A stretch of DNA of 64,000 nucleotides, taken from assembly GCF_006345805.1 (NCBI RefSeq), contig NC_043002.1, positions 7,564,001-7,628,000 of the forward strand, written 5' to 3'. The position numbers and the translations under genes are program-made. This document shows positions 26,411-40,289 of the stretch, piece after piece (position 1 is the stretch's first letter; each line of letters opens with the position of its first letter). Under the pieces are notes generated by a model. That model searched no databases and was not told where the DNA came from. It saw only the letters and a program-made list of their open reading frames with translations. Origin of the DNA: Octopus sinensis (taxonomy: Eukaryota).

Positions 26411-26800
26411 AAATATTACAAAATATATTTGTTCCAGAGATGACTGTATCAGTTTATGCTTTCAATCTATACCTCCCTTTTATTATATCAAATTTTCGTT
26501 TGTACTTAGTGCTGCTTCGTTCAACGTTATATTTTGGGGCCGTTTCTCGCTTCGTTAGAACAGGAAGCTATACTGAGCTCAAACATAAACAAACACGAAT
26601 TCGGAAATAAATATCTGTACATTCTAAAGTCTCCGATTTGAAAAAAGAAAGAATTTCACCTAATTAAATTTCATAATGATCCAATTCTGTCGGAGCAGTC
26701 TAAAGACAGGTCTGTTCACACCAAAACGCAACAAAATCAAGAACAAGAGTAACAAGAAAGTTAGCTGTAGCAACAACAACAGCCTCGACGACAACAACAG

Positions 26801-27157
26801 GAGGCGCAATGACCCAGTAGTTAGGACAGCGGACTCGCGGTCGGAGGATCGCGGTTTCGATTCCCAGACCGAGCATTGTGTGTGTTTATTGAGCGAAAAA
26901 CACCTAATACTCCACGAGGCTCCGGCAGGAAGTGGTGGCGACCCCTGTTGTACTCTTTAGGCCCCAACTTTCTCTCACTCTTTCTTCCCGTTTCTTGTGC
27001 CCGACTTCCTACGCAACCGCTTAGCCTGGATGCGCATTCATCCATCCCTCGATGCTCTCGGTGTCGGGGGTTGACCTGCTTTCTCTTCTGCGGGTCTTAC
27101 GAATAGCAAAGGACCACGTTTCGGACTTCTCCTAAGAGGACGAAGACCGCTTCGCTC
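26801..27157 (+). mobile_element. SINE family C, tail type 2, in (AAC)n
   Basis: tRNA head, gagcgaaaaacacctaa...ccacgaggctccggcagg core. Confidence 0.9.
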
Positions 27158-27332
27158 AACAGCAACAGTAGCAATGACAACAAGAACAATAACTATTACT
27201 ACTACAGTAACAATAATAACAATAATAAAACAGGAATAACCAGAAGCAGTGTAAATATATGGATTTTATGAAGAAACAATTAATTATATTGTTTCTGGTT
27301 GCCCAGTCTTAGTTAAATGAGAATATACGCCT

Positions 27333-27714
27333 TAGCACTCCGTCGGTTACGACGATGAGGGTTCCGGTTGAACCGAATCAACGGAACAGCCTGCTCGTGA
27401 AATTAACGTGTAAGTGGCTGAGCACTCCACAGACACGTATACCCTTAACGTAGTTCTCGGGGATATTCAGCGTGACACAGAGAGTGACAAGGCCGGCCCC
27501 TTGAAATACAGGTACAACAGAAACAGGAAGTAAGAGTGAGAGAAAGTTGTGGTGAAAGAGTACAGCAGGGATCACCACCATCCCCTGCCGGAGCCTCGTG
27601 GAGCTTTTAGGTGTTTTCGCTCAATAAACACTCACAACGCCCGGTCTGGGAATCGAAACCGCGATCCTATGACCGCGAGTCCGCAGCCCTAACCACTGGG
27701 CCATTGCGCCTCCA
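27333..27714 (-). mobile_element. SINE family C, tail type 3
   Basis: Same head and core; TSD aaatgagaatata. Confidence 0.9.
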
Positions 27715-27759
27715 CAAATGAGAATATATAAACAGAGTGACAAGTGTTAGATTTTTCAT

Positions 27760-28145
27760 AAAATGGGAATTATACCAACATAATGAAATAGCGACATATG
27801 ACACATAATAGAAACATGCACCAGAAAATGTCACAGAAAATTAGAAAATTACCATACTCTTAGCCATGCCAATTCATAGTGAGATATAAAAAAAAATCAA
27901 CCGGATATTATTGCTGAGGGACATTATTAAAGAAAGTGTATTCCGACCGATGGATGTAGCCAACCCAAGTGAAAGTAATGTATATCTAAAAGAAATGGAA
28001 AAATTATCCAACTATGAATATCTGGAAATGGGGATAGCCAGCATGTGAGGACTGAAAAGGGAAAAAAGAATCTCCATAATCAAAAATGCCTTGGTAATGA
28101 TGAAAAAGTATGTAGACGAATGCATAGCTAATATCCAAGGGCTTA
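27760..28145 (+). mobile_element. Old R4/Dong-like RLE-domain relic
   Basis: Degenerate MPIHSEI..DVANPSESNVYLKEMEKLSNYEYLEMGIASM*GLK..MMKKYVDECIANIQGL aligns by eye with the C-termini above. Confidence 0.6.
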
Positions 28146-28770
28146 CGTACACGACGACGAATGACTTCCATTATTTGTTCCGGTTCTCTCCGCTCTGAAC
28201 TTCGTTTATGCTGAGTTCAACTTTGCATTTCATGCTTTCGGAGTCGATAAAATACCAATGCAAGCAGCTAATTGCTGAGATGTTAGAATGTAGGACGAAA
28301 TGCTTTGGAGTTCCGGCTTCTGTTGTTTTGGCAACGTCTGCGATGACTCTGGCGCCAAGTTGTATCGGTCCTTGGTTTTACTTTGAGAACAGTCAATGGG
28401 GTAGGGATGGGAAAATTACATGTATGGGAAACTTCAAGTTTTCCCCTTCCTCAAGTACAAAACCTGCCCAAGCTTTTATCTTAATAGGAAATTTCCAGAT
28501 AGACAGTGATCTCACAAGATATACGATTGGACCACACACACACAGAAACACACACATACACACACACACACATGAACGCACACACAGACATACACACACA
28601 TGCACAGAAACCACAACACTGCTAGATACTGCACACATTTTATGTCATACTGCATGTACCAATGGCACTTACAGCTGCCTTAATAACGATTTTTTTCATT
28701 TATTTTCCGCAAGAGACCAGCTATTCATAGAAAAATTTTGATAATTACTGGAGATGTGGAGATATACACA

Positions 28771-29180
28771 TACTCTTTTACTCTTTTATACTCTTTTACT
28801 TGTTTCAGTCATTTGACTGCGGCCATGCTGGAGCACCGCCTTTAGTCGAGCAAATCGACCCCGGGACTTATTCTTTGTAAGCCCAGTGCTTATTCTATCA
28901 GTCTCTTTTGCCGAACCGCTAAGTGACGGGGACGTAAACACACCAGCATCGGTTGCCAAGCAATGCTAGGGGGACAACACAGACACACAAACATATACAC
29001 ATACACTTACATATATATACATATATACGACAGGCTTCTTTCAGTTTCCGTCTACCAAATCCACTTACAAGGCATTGGTCGGCCCGGGGCTATAGCAGAA
29101 GACACTTGCCCAAGATGCCACGCAGTGGGACTGAACCCGGAACCATGTGGTTGGTTAGCAAGCTACTTACCACACAGCCA
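28771..29180 (-). mobile_element. SINE family B
   Basis: Full copy in reverse. Confidence 0.92.
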
Positions 29181-29640
29181 AGGTAGATCAAAAACGTAAC
29201 GCAATAGTTTAAATATATGCATGTATGTGTAAATTCAAATACACAAAAAAGAAACGAACAGATAAAAGAAGCCCACTCGCGTAGGAGTGAAAAGTCGCTA
29301 CTTCGATCAAGACACCTTACAGACCCGATCACTTTCTGCTCCTGATACAGGAAACTGGTGGCTATGGAAGGTGTCTATGAGCATCTTAACTGCCGAGTGT
29401 GATATCGTTGTCATTATGATAGAGTGACTACAGAAGGGTATAAATTTTTTGTAGCAATTTTATTTATTCAACAACCTTATTGTTCATATATTCCACAACA
29501 CTGAAGCTCATCTCTTCTTCAATCACTACATTATTTCCCCCTTCATCCGTCATAGCATTCAAATAGATTAATAACTTGTGAATATAACGGGTCCAAAGAA
29601 ACATGACGCAAAAGCACGCATCCAATTTGACGAGTATTTA

Positions 29641-29900
29641 TTTTTCAATTCAATTTTTATTGGCTCAAAAAGCAAAAGCAAGGCCATGTAGGGGGACAGG
29701 GAGTTATGTATTGGGAGGGTTGTCATACAAAGAGTTCAGGCCATTTCTGGTAAAGAGAGACTTTGAACCGAGCGGTTTTCGGCATCTTCACCATCTTGTC
29801 CGGTAGCTTATTCCACGGATCCGCAACCCGGACGGAAAAAGCCCCTCTCCTTCGATTGAGATGAAATCGTCGTAGATAGAGCTTTTCGGAGTGACCCATA
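29641..29900 (-). mobile_element. CR1-clade LINE 3' fragment
   Basis: GHSEKLYLRRFHLNRRRGAFSVRVADPWNKLP...* followed by a short UTR and an aattg/A tail. Confidence 0.8.
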
Positions 29901-30292
29901 CAGCAACTATTTAAAAACTCCAGAGTTCGTAAAAAATGACGCCAGTGACTGCTAATTTCAAATAGTAATAATGTTTTGTTTTGTTTTAGGATTGACATAA
30001 GGTTACATATCTGGATGCGCAGAGTAGAGACGTTTAAATCGAATCTTATATGAGCGATACTGACTACAGTAAAATGGATAGTTTCTCTAAAACTACACAT
30101 AAGCATTAATAAAATGACAATGAAGATAACCAACATTAACAAATGAAAATGTTCAATGATTTTTGTTTGAATTTAAATTATCTGATTTTAATGTCTAATA
30201 CATGACTGGCCACCACGGGTAAAGTCAGAGCAAAAATTGACATTTTCAACTAAACATCTACACACACACTGGCACACAAAGACACACGCACG

Positions 30293-30327
<35 letters not shown>

Positions 30328-30342
30328 GCACACATACACACA

Positions 30343-30405
<63 letters not shown>

Positions 30406-30760
30406 TACTACTCTGCTGAAATTTTGAAGAGGAACTAATATTTTGAATATGATGAACAAAAGATATGAAATATACAATTTACAAATACCTGTGTGAAAGG
30501 TAACTAATCGAAATTAACCAAGTGTTACTTCAGACGTCACACAAATAAATAATAACGCTAAAAGTGAAAGAAAACCGATTTTACAGCATGATTGTGTTTT
30601 ACAGCAAGCCTCTACACCCGTTCCAAACTACAACATCAAACTCACGGAGAGAAAATAATTCTAATACAGAAGTAAGTTGTAGCCAGATTGACAAACGTGT
30701 TTAAGAAGAAACATACTGAAACCAAAAAGATATTAGACAAAGAATTTTTTTTTAATTCTA

Positions 30761-30960
30761 GGCACAAGGTCCGAAATTTTGGGGGAAGGGGCTAGTCGAT
30801 TACATAGACCCCAGTTTGCAACTGGTACTTAATTTATCGACCCCGAAAGGATGAAAGGCAAAGTCGACCTCGGTGGAATTTGAACTCAGAACGTAGCGGC
30901 AGACGAAATACTGCTGAGCATTTCGCCCGGCGTGCTAACGTTTCCGCCAGCTCGCCGCCT
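30761..30960 (-). mobile_element. Short-tail family-A SINE
   Basis: Full head to tail in reverse. Confidence 0.88.
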
Positions 30961-31329
30961 TGACATAATAATAGAATATTGAAAAGAACAGCGCCTATTT
31001 AAAATATTAACGGAAAAAATTTAGCAACAAAATTTAAAACGTTAAACTTATAAATACCGGGAACGTATAACGCATTGATAAGTCCAGTGGTAGTAAAACA
31101 AACAAAACAAATAACAAAATACTACAAATGAGTGAGCAGTAAACCAAGAGATTATTGACGAATAATAGCTAAATCACTACACCAACGAAAATAGAACATA
31201 AATATGAAAAAAATCTGGCAGTAGAAAGCTCAAAACTGGAAATTGTGAATCGCTGAATTCAAGTCGAAGACTTTACCGTGTTCCAGTGAAAGACTTCTCC
31301 AAAGATAAAACTTAACAATAAAAGAACGC

Positions 31330-31639
31330 AAATAGTGCCAACTTTGACTCACTAGAAACTGATGCAAACATCAATACCGCGAGAATAAATCGAATAATCT
31401 ATGAAGCAGTTGTGGTAATCACGAAGGAAAGCCTCTAAACCCAAGGAAACGACAAGAATTAGTAATATTAGAGACGAGTGGCTGTGTGGTAAGTAGCTTG
31501 CTAACCAACCACATGGTTCAGGGTTCAGTCCCACTGCGTGGCACCTTGGGCAAGTGTCTTCTGCTATAGCCCCGGGCCGACCAATGCCTTGTGAGTGGAT
31601 TTGGTAGACGGAAACTGAAAGAAGCTCGTCGTATATATG

Positions 31640-31672
<33 letters not shown>

Positions 31673-32130
31673 CTGTGTTTGTCCCCCTAGCATAGCTTGA
31701 CAACCGATGCTGGTATGTTTATGTCCCCGTCACCTAGCGGTTCGGCAAAAGAGACCGATAGAATAAGTACTGGGCTTACAAAGAATAAGTCCTTGGGTCT
31801 AGTTGCTCGACTAAAGGCGGTGCTCCAGCATGGCCGCAGTCAAATGACTGAAACAAGTAAAAGAGTAAAAAAGAGAGAGAAAGTGAAAATCAAAGAAACG
31901 GAATCCCAATTCTTAATGAAATTGACGACGGATTACGAAGACAGAAATGAAAACGAAAATGAAAGAAAAGACAAATTCTACAGAATCACATGACAAACAA
32001 GACATTGAAATGAAAGAGCTCTTAAGACAAGAAAGAGATCCATGCTAAATGAGAAAGAACTCGCCATTATGAAAGGTGACAGCACTTTATTGAACAAAAC
32101 GAGCAGCTCAATTAAAATCCCAAACTGTTT
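31330..32130 (+). mobile_element. Possible very old R4-like ORF relic interrupted by a SINE
   Basis: Fragments INRIIYEAVVVIT and HAK*ERTRHYER*..QNEQLN*NPKLFY resemble R4-clade pre-RT motifs (from memory). Confidence 0.3.
31476..31875 (+). mobile_element. SINE family B
   Basis: Full copy. Confidence 0.92.
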
Positions 32131-32260
32131 TATTAAGATTAAGATGGAAACGAGAACCAATGCAGTGATAATAGTAAGAAAGTAGGAGAATTCGACAGGA
32201 AGAATATGGAGAGCAGTTGGTATGATTCTTTTATTTTTTATTCTTTCACTTCTTTCTGTC

Positions 32261-32620
32261 ATATGACTGCGGCCATGCTGTGGTACCGCTTTAAAGAGAT
32301 TTAGTCGAAGAATTCGATCTCATGGCTTATTCTTTTGCCGAACCGCAATGTTACGGGGGTGTAAACAGCAACATCGGTTGTCAAGCGATGGTGGGGGACA
32401 AACACAGATACAAAGACACATTCACACAAAAATATATACATTCATTTATACATACATACATACGTACATACATACATGCATAAATACATACATATATATA
32501 CGAGAGACTTCTTTGTTTTCGTATACCACTGACAAGGCTTTGGTCAGCCCGGGGCTATAATAGAAGACAGACGGCCAAGATGTCATGCAGTAGGACTGAA
32601 CCCGGAATTATGTGGCTGGG
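32261..32620 (-). mobile_element. SINE family B, older copy
   Basis: Diverged with a deletion. Confidence 0.75.
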
Positions 32621-32871
32621 AAAATGCAGGAAGAATGCATGAAGTAGTCCATATACCACAAAATGCAACAACAGGAAACTCTCTCGAAAATGACGAAAAC
32701 TTTCAAGCATCAGGTTAAAATATCTATTCCTGCTGGCAAAAAATATTTTGGGAAGAGAACAAAAACATTTTAATTCTTAAAATTGATGACGCGATCTAAA
32801 TTACAGACCTGTAACATATTTTCCAATATAAGATCACAGCAGCAGTTTTATGGCAACGAATATATACTCAC

Positions 32872-32893
32872 CTCAACTAAAGCAACAACATTG
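32872..32893 (-). other. Candidate 22-nt micro-exon (only open frame NVVALVE)
   Basis: Poly-T tract plus cctgaag acceptor and a consensus donor GAG/gtgagta. Confidence 0.25.
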
Positions 32894-33110
32894 CTTCAGG
32901 AAAAAAAAAAAACCTTAGTTTAAAAGTTATGTGGGTATAATGATCAGATGCTGGTCAACAAAGCCTTGGTTAAAGATTATGAGAAGGATATCTGAGAGCA
33001 ATGATTGGATTGATTACCAGCACTCTTTTGGCAACAGGGAACGGCTTTCTGCTCATGGATTCTAGAACCATTAGTATTATAGCACCCGTAAAACAAAACT
33101 GAAATGTACT

Positions 33111-33470
33111 TCAGTCCCACTGCGTGGCACCTTGGGCAAGTGTTTTCTACTATAGCCTCGGGGCAACCAAAGCCTTGTGAGTGGATTTGATAGACGGAAA
33201 CTGAAAGAAGCCCGTCGTATATATGTATACATATGCGTGTGTGTTTGTGTGTCTGTGTTTGTCCCCCCAACATCGCTTGACAACCGATGCTGGTGTGTTT
33301 ACGTCCCCCTTAACTTAGCGGTTCGGCAAAAGAGACCGATAGAATAAGTACTAGGCTTACAAAGAATAAGTCCTGGCGGTCGATTTCCTCGACTAAAGGC
33401 GGTGCTCCAGCATGACCGCAGTCAAATGACTGAAACAAGTAAAATAGTAAAAGAGTAAAGGAGTAAAGAA
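33111..33470 (+). mobile_element. SINE family B, 5'-truncated
   Basis: Starts at the B-box. Confidence 0.88.
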
Positions 33471-34174
33471 AGGTACGATGCCCATGGTTGGAATGTCATT
33501 GACTTAGTTGAAATAACAACCAAATCATTCACCCATCGAACTTCCAGAATTCAAAAAAAGCACAAAGGAAATAGCATATCACAGGAGCATATCACTTTGC
33601 AACGCTTCAGCATGTTTACAGTGACTTAGCCGTAAGACTAACCCCCACACTGATTTCTCCAAATAACAGCACAAATTCTGGAGGCTTCATTCAGTCTCTA
33701 CATTCCTCGAATCGACTGAGAGGGACTCTACACTCTCACTTGACGTGATAGATATACCTGCTAAATCTCTTTCTAATCACGCTTTACCGTTTCAGAAGAC
33801 ACATTAGATAATGTTTCCTTAGTTCTCTACACACAGGAAAAGAACAAAGGAGAATAATGCAGAGTTCCTTGCGGTTGAAGTCCAGGAGATCCAATCGATG
33901 AGAATATTTCATGAGTATATTATAAACCATAAAAAGTCAGGAGGTACGGAAGCTGAATATATTTATTTAATCACTTGCCATCCTTCGGATAACGGCACCT
34001 TCGCAGCCTTCTTCATGTAATGGTAATTTCAGTATAGAATTGATTATGTCTACATGTCTGCACTAATATGCATGCTACGCTTTATGCAATACAATTGTAT
34101 ATTCACAAATCAATGCAGATAAAGAAAGCGTCTTATACGCATGTATTTGAATATATATATATAACTAAGGAAAC

Positions 34175-34204
<30 letters not shown>

Positions 34205-34213
<9 letters not shown>

Positions 34214-34290
34214 ATGGTATTATTAAAATACAATCACAAGTGGTAAGCGAATTATTAGCCGTACAGGCGAATTAATAAAATATACATACA
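34205..34290. repeat. TA-anchored element end, duplicated at 40080-40170
   Basis: tatagggatggtattattaaaatacmatcacaagtrgtaagcgaattaty agccgtacaggc in both places. Confidence 0.7.
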
Positions 34291-34422
34291 ATATTAAATA
34301 TGTACATATATACACAAGGGTACTACGTGAGTACCTATATCGCCAATGATAGGAGTAAAAAAATACTTCTGTACCACCGAATAGTCACAAATCTATTACA
34401 GACAAGATAGGAAAAAATATCA

Positions 34423-34457
<35 letters not shown>

Positions 34458-34940
34458 TATAGAGGGCATTATTACACATAAATGCCACACGCTAGGAGGG
34501 AATTTTAAAGTCATAACTACAAAAAATAAACGAATCGTACCGAATGCAGCTCTCGAAGCAAGACATTTAAAAACAGAATTTACTTCCAGATCACCTGTGA
34601 TTTCGCAATTAACGTATTCTCTACGCCTCTTGTTCTTCAGTGAAACGAATTCAAAATATATCATGAATGAACAAAACCAACATACCAGGCGGAACCAGAC
34701 AGACAACCGTCGCCTCCATCGTATCACATGAAAATGTTCACTCCTCATATATTTATGTAAATGGCAGGCTTTTTCGAACTGCATTTCGGTAGGAAACGTG
34801 CTTCTTCGGAACAAAGTGAAAAAATTTACAGATTGTTTCTCTTATGAGGTTTTTCACGCTAACTACCTTATAATTTCTTGTTAAGATTTCTTATTAAGAT
34901 TTTATCCTAATTTTTAAATTTGTTCCAAAGAAGCACGTTA

Positions 34941-35026
<86 letters not shown>

Positions 35027-35076
35027 ATATATGTATGTATGTATGTATATATATATGTGTATATATAATATATATA

Positions 35077-35108
35077 TATGTATACTTAGAGTTGACACGT
35101 TGATGTAA

Positions 35109-35154
<46 letters not shown>

Positions 35155-35191
35155 TATGGTTACATCAACGTGTCAACTCTAAGTATACATA
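35077..35191. repeat. Perfect palindrome with a (TA)n centre
   Basis: tatgtatacttagagttgacacgttgatgtaacc / exact reverse complement. Confidence 0.9.
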
Positions 35192-35666
35192 CAAAATTTT
35201 CCCTTTATAAATACGATGTATGGAATCCCGAGGTGAAATTAGCTCAGTTATAGCTAAGGAAAATAATGAGATGTTTCATATCAACAACTAAGGTGCTGGA
35301 TCTAAGTCGAGGGAATTGACCTCCTTAATGTTAACGAAAAACAGGAAGGCTAAAGAGAAGAAATAGTTATATTATTTGCTTGTTTGTCGGTGCGCTTTGG
35401 AGACGACGCACGGTCGATAATGTTTTCAGCAGTAGAGATGCTTTTAATTCGCAATGGAATTTAATCTTATGTATGCATTGTGGTTCTTTATATAACCACA
35501 GACAGGCGATTCGGTTGACCCCGGTTCGATTCAAGTACATGATGCTGATAAGCCATATAAATGGCGAAATATCAGAATCCATTGCTTCTGAATGGGATTA
35601 GAGACGAGTTGTCTCGCCTGTCGATGACTTTTAGGTGTTTTAACACCCAATGGTATGGGAAAGTCG

Positions 35667-35901
35667 AGGGCGGTGAGCTGGCAGAAAGGTTAGCACGCCG
35701 GGCGAAATGCTTAGCGGTATTTCGTCTGCCGCTACGTTCTGAGTTCAAATTCCACCGAGGTCGATTTTGCCTTTCATCCTTTCGGGGTCGATTAAGTAAG
35801 TACCAGTTATGCACTGGGGTCGATATAATCGACTTAATCCATTTGTCTGTTCTTGTTTGTCCTCTTTGTGTTTAGCCCCTTGTGGGTGGTAAAGAAATAG
35901 G
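35667..35901 (+). mobile_element. SINE family A
   Basis: Full copy with TSD ggtatgggaragtcg. Confidence 0.9.
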
Positions 35902-37030
35902 TATGGGAGAGTCGTCCCCAGAGCAGTGTACGGCAGCGTACCGGCGAACCAGCCGAACAAAAGCATTACGTATTAGCGGTCGATTAAAAGAATATATATA
36001 TTTATATATAGACTCACGCACAAAAGTCTTTTCTGAAATTAAAAGAAACATATTTAACGCTCAGTGGTAATGTATTTTCTCGAGTTGCTTAAACATTAAT
36101 TAAAACAAGACAAAAAAAAAGAAAGAAATGAAAGTAAAAAATAATAAAAACAAAACACATCAAAAATAACCAAAAATACGAAGAAGAATAAAAAAAATGA
36201 AAAATGACATAATCAGCGAAATATAATTAATCAACTCCAAAATATGACATTTTTCTCCACTAATTCATATTTATTGTAATTATTGATGTTTTCGTTCGTG
36301 CTATGTTTTATATAAGACCACAAATAAAAAGAACTAAAAACCAAAGGGGAGATAATTGTCAACGCCTGGCGCCAGTGTGGTTCGTTTTTCATATAGGTAC
36401 GGGATACATAGAAATGGGCTTCGCTTCATCTGTTTGCTTACTAGTTTCGTTGGTATTTTTCTTTCCATTTTTTGTCTTTTTCCCTCCATTCGAAGATTCT
36501 GTGACGCATATTTGCCATTTAAATATGGCTAACCCCTAAGGGTGGATGCTACAGTAGCTTGTAGCCCCAGGAGGACACCTCCTTCAGCTGGCTTTAGACA
36601 CACTTTCTGTGCCCTATAAGTATTTGCAAAGGGAAACCATCCTTCCCGTCTTCAACTTATGATACACATGGACTCGAGTTTCTGGGTATTGACCTGTCAT
36701 CGGCGTGTGACAATCACAGTTGTCGATGAAAAGTAGGTTCCCTTCGCAAATACTTATCTCTTTTCCAGTATTGTAAAGACACTGATATCGAAAAGGTGTA
36801 ATCAAGCAATAATAAATATACGTCACGATGTGTTGCAGCTACTGTTTATAACTCGCTCTAAGATTTATTATTGCGAAGATTCTGTGTTAACCATTAAAGA
36901 AATGATGTCTCAGTATTATTAAATGATTTTTTAATTTTGTTTTTAATATATACAACATAACATAGACATTCGTTTATTTAAGAGAACACACACACATTCA
37001 CATATATAGTAGAATGTAAAATAGAAAATC

Positions 37031-37255
37031 CTTTTGAGTGGGGTGGGCTACTCGGCCGGAAGAAAATTCTAAATGGGCCCCAACTACAAGGTCATGTGCT
37101 GTTTATCTTGATATGAGTTCACCATGTCGCGCACAAATAGTTGTGATGCATGTGCCTCGTGTACTCTCATCAGACGTGCTGTCGTGTTGGGTATATTGGG
37201 CTTCGTAAATTTGTACCTCAGTGTCACTGTGATGGCATGCGCAATTCTCTCACTA
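37031..37255 (+). mobile_element. Family E repeat, 5'-truncated
   Basis: Ends ...gatggcatgcgcaattctctcacta followed by (TAA/TAG)n. Confidence 0.75.
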
Positions 37256-37324
37256 AATAATAATAATAGTAGTAGTAGTAGTAGTAGTAGCAGCAGCAGC
37301 AGCAGCATAGTAGTAGTAGTAGTA

Positions 37325-37416
<92 letters not shown>

Positions 37417-38180
37417 ATAATAATAATAATAGATGATGATGATGATTATTATTATTATCATCATCATCATCATCATCATCATGACGATGATAAAACGTGT
37501 CTGCTCCCTATTTGGCTTGCAGTATTAATGCCTGTCCCTATATATAGTTTATTTTAACAGAAGCCAAGCTATAGCTGCAAGTTACATAAGCCCTATACAT
37601 TTAATAAGGTTTCATTAACTTTTTTTAATAACTTCCTGACTTATTTAAAAAAAAAAAGAAAAAAAAGATGACCCCACTACCTCCTTTTCAATACCGCCAA
37701 GAATATAGGGAAGAATAGAAAAACCATTTATTCTCAGACTAGAGACTTTAACCGAATGCTTGCAACACAGTGGTCTCCACTAATGGCACCCAAGAGCAAA
37801 GTAGATGGTGATGTGAAACCAGCGACGTTTAATTTTAACACCAGGAAAGAGTAACAGGTCTTCCAAAGAGGATCCTCCAGTCGAATTTCACGAAATAAAG
37901 ATGTTACATAAAATTTATGCCTAAGCTAATAAATCTTCGTCCACTTCTCTGCAATTAACCGACTTTCCGCGAAGACAGATTTGATTCGCAACTGTGAAAT
38001 TAGATGGAAAACTGGATATAAGATTAATTTCAGTTGCTGTTGTAGTTGAGTTATTTAACCACAGAGGAACAGTAACTGAGTAGGCCTATCATCAAAAACA
38101 TTTTAGTTTTGATCATCCCATTCATTTACACGAGGGTGTGTCATTAACTATCTTGCATGCACTTATATATTTCGTTGGGA

Positions 38181-38411
38181 AGGCGGCGAGCTGGCAGAAA
38201 CGTTAGCACGCCGGGCGAAATGCGTAGCCGTATTTCGTCTACCGTTACGTTCTGTGTTCAAATTCCGCCGAGGTCGACTTTGCCTTTCATCCTTTCGGGG
38301 TCGATAAATTAAGTACCAGTTACGCACTAGGGTCGATATAATCGACTTAATCCGTTTGTCTTTCCTTGTTTGTCCTCTCTGTGTTTAGCTCCTTGTGGGT
38401 AGTAAAGAAAT
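38181..38411 (+). mobile_element. SINE family A
   Basis: Full copy with TSD atatatttcgttgg (38165-38178 and 38418-38431). Confidence 0.92.
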
Positions 38412-40289
38412 ATATATATATATTTCGTTGGATTTCGGCCGTTGATACACCTTCAGTGCAAAGAAAACGGATCCTTCTTTGGAGCTGACATGGCTAATGT
38501 TCTAACGGCGATAACTTGATTAATGTTTTAAGTTTAGACTTGCGCAAAAAGGACTAAAGTAAACTGTATCTTGTTCACCGCGTGCAACAAATATTCCCAC
38601 CATTAAAAGAAAAAAAAAACACAGCTTAAGCGCAAAGTAAATAATGAATGACTCAACTTCGTATATCTTGTCCTAGATTACCGAATGTGTTTTTCTTGAT
38701 TGAAGATGGTAACAATAATCAATTATATCACCATCACATCAAACTGTACCAGGTGTAAGTGAAGGACTTGGTAAATAAAATTCTCACCAATCTTTCAAAT
38801 GTATTGCGTTGAGTTGCCGAGAAATTCATCTAAGGCCTTCATGTGTGTCTCATATAGCACAGAAGCTCTGTACACATATCTGATCTCTCGGATCTTAGCA
38901 ATACGATGATAGTTTCAAAAGTTAACCATTTTTTTCTTTCCGTGTGATAGATTGGCTGAATCGTTAATGCGTCGGACAAAATGCATTAATTTATTTCTCC
39001 TGTCTCTTTACAGGCTGACTTGAAATCCTACCGAAGTCAACTTTGCCTATAATCATTTCATGGTGAAGAAAATAATGTGCCGGAAAAGTACTGGAATCAA
39101 TTTAACCGAAAACCAATTTGTATGAATATGTAATATGTACGGTACTATACAGACAAAATTTCCGTGGGACTTCCACGTCTGGTGAAGTGGTACACCGGCT
39201 GGATTACACTGCTATCACACCTTATTCACACAACACACACACACACAGAGTTCATTTCTCTCTCTCTTCTCTCTCTCTCTCTATCTATCTATCTATCGAT
39301 CGATCTCTCATTCTCTCCATCTCTCTCTCTCGCCCTCTCTTTCTCGCCCTCTCTTTCTCGCTCTCTCTCTCTCAAAGTGGATTTCCATTTAAAGGAATTA
39401 CACGAAAGAAAAATAAAGCTTATAAAGCATAAATTCTTTGAAGGAATGTGTCATGTTTATGATGGTTGCTTTAAAATAAATAGAAACATTTCTACCAAAC
39501 AAAATAAAAAATTAATTGATAATGAAAAAATTCTTATTTCTGTATGGATGAACACATCTCAAACATATCAAAGTAAATGTATCCTAAAATTTGATGCAGT
39601 TACTTGCAGTGGCTTCATTCATGACAAATCATGAATGAAAAATTGCTTTATTCGTCCATAAAACAACAGTTCTTGTTTTCATTTTTACCTTTTCGCATGA
39701 AACATTAACAAGAAGAAAAAAAAAGTTCTATGGAATATTAAAGGTGATATGAGATTCAAACAGTTTCTTACTTGCAGTTGGACAGGAAATACGATTTCAA
39801 ATAAATGTCTAAGATTTGTCCTTTTTTATTATATAACGCCTCCAGACATTCTATAATATTTAACAAGATTAAATAAACAAATGCAGCACAGACTTTATCA
39901 TCAATAATTTGAAGAACCAAGGCAACAAAACATGATGCGAGCCATTGAGAAAAACACTAAGTGTTCAGTCAGTGGGTCTACAAGAAATAGCAGCCAAACG
40001 TCCTCCAAATTAACGCCAACTTTCAATTAAAAAATATCGGATAAGACACATTTATGTCTATATATATATATATATATATATATAGGGATGGTATTATTAA
40101 AATACCATCACAAGTAGTAAGCGAATTATCAGCCGTACAGGCAAATTAATAAAATCTATACATACAATAAAATATATACATAACTAATATTGTATGCATA
40201 TATTTTGTATGTATGTATGTATGTATGTATGTATGTATGTATGTATGTATGTATGTATGTATGTATTATGTATGCATGTATGTACAGTC

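Noticed and set aside
29321-29341. 21-nt micro-exon candidate EQKVIGS
   Set aside because: Short tract and weak exon-side donor; expected by chance in 64 kb.
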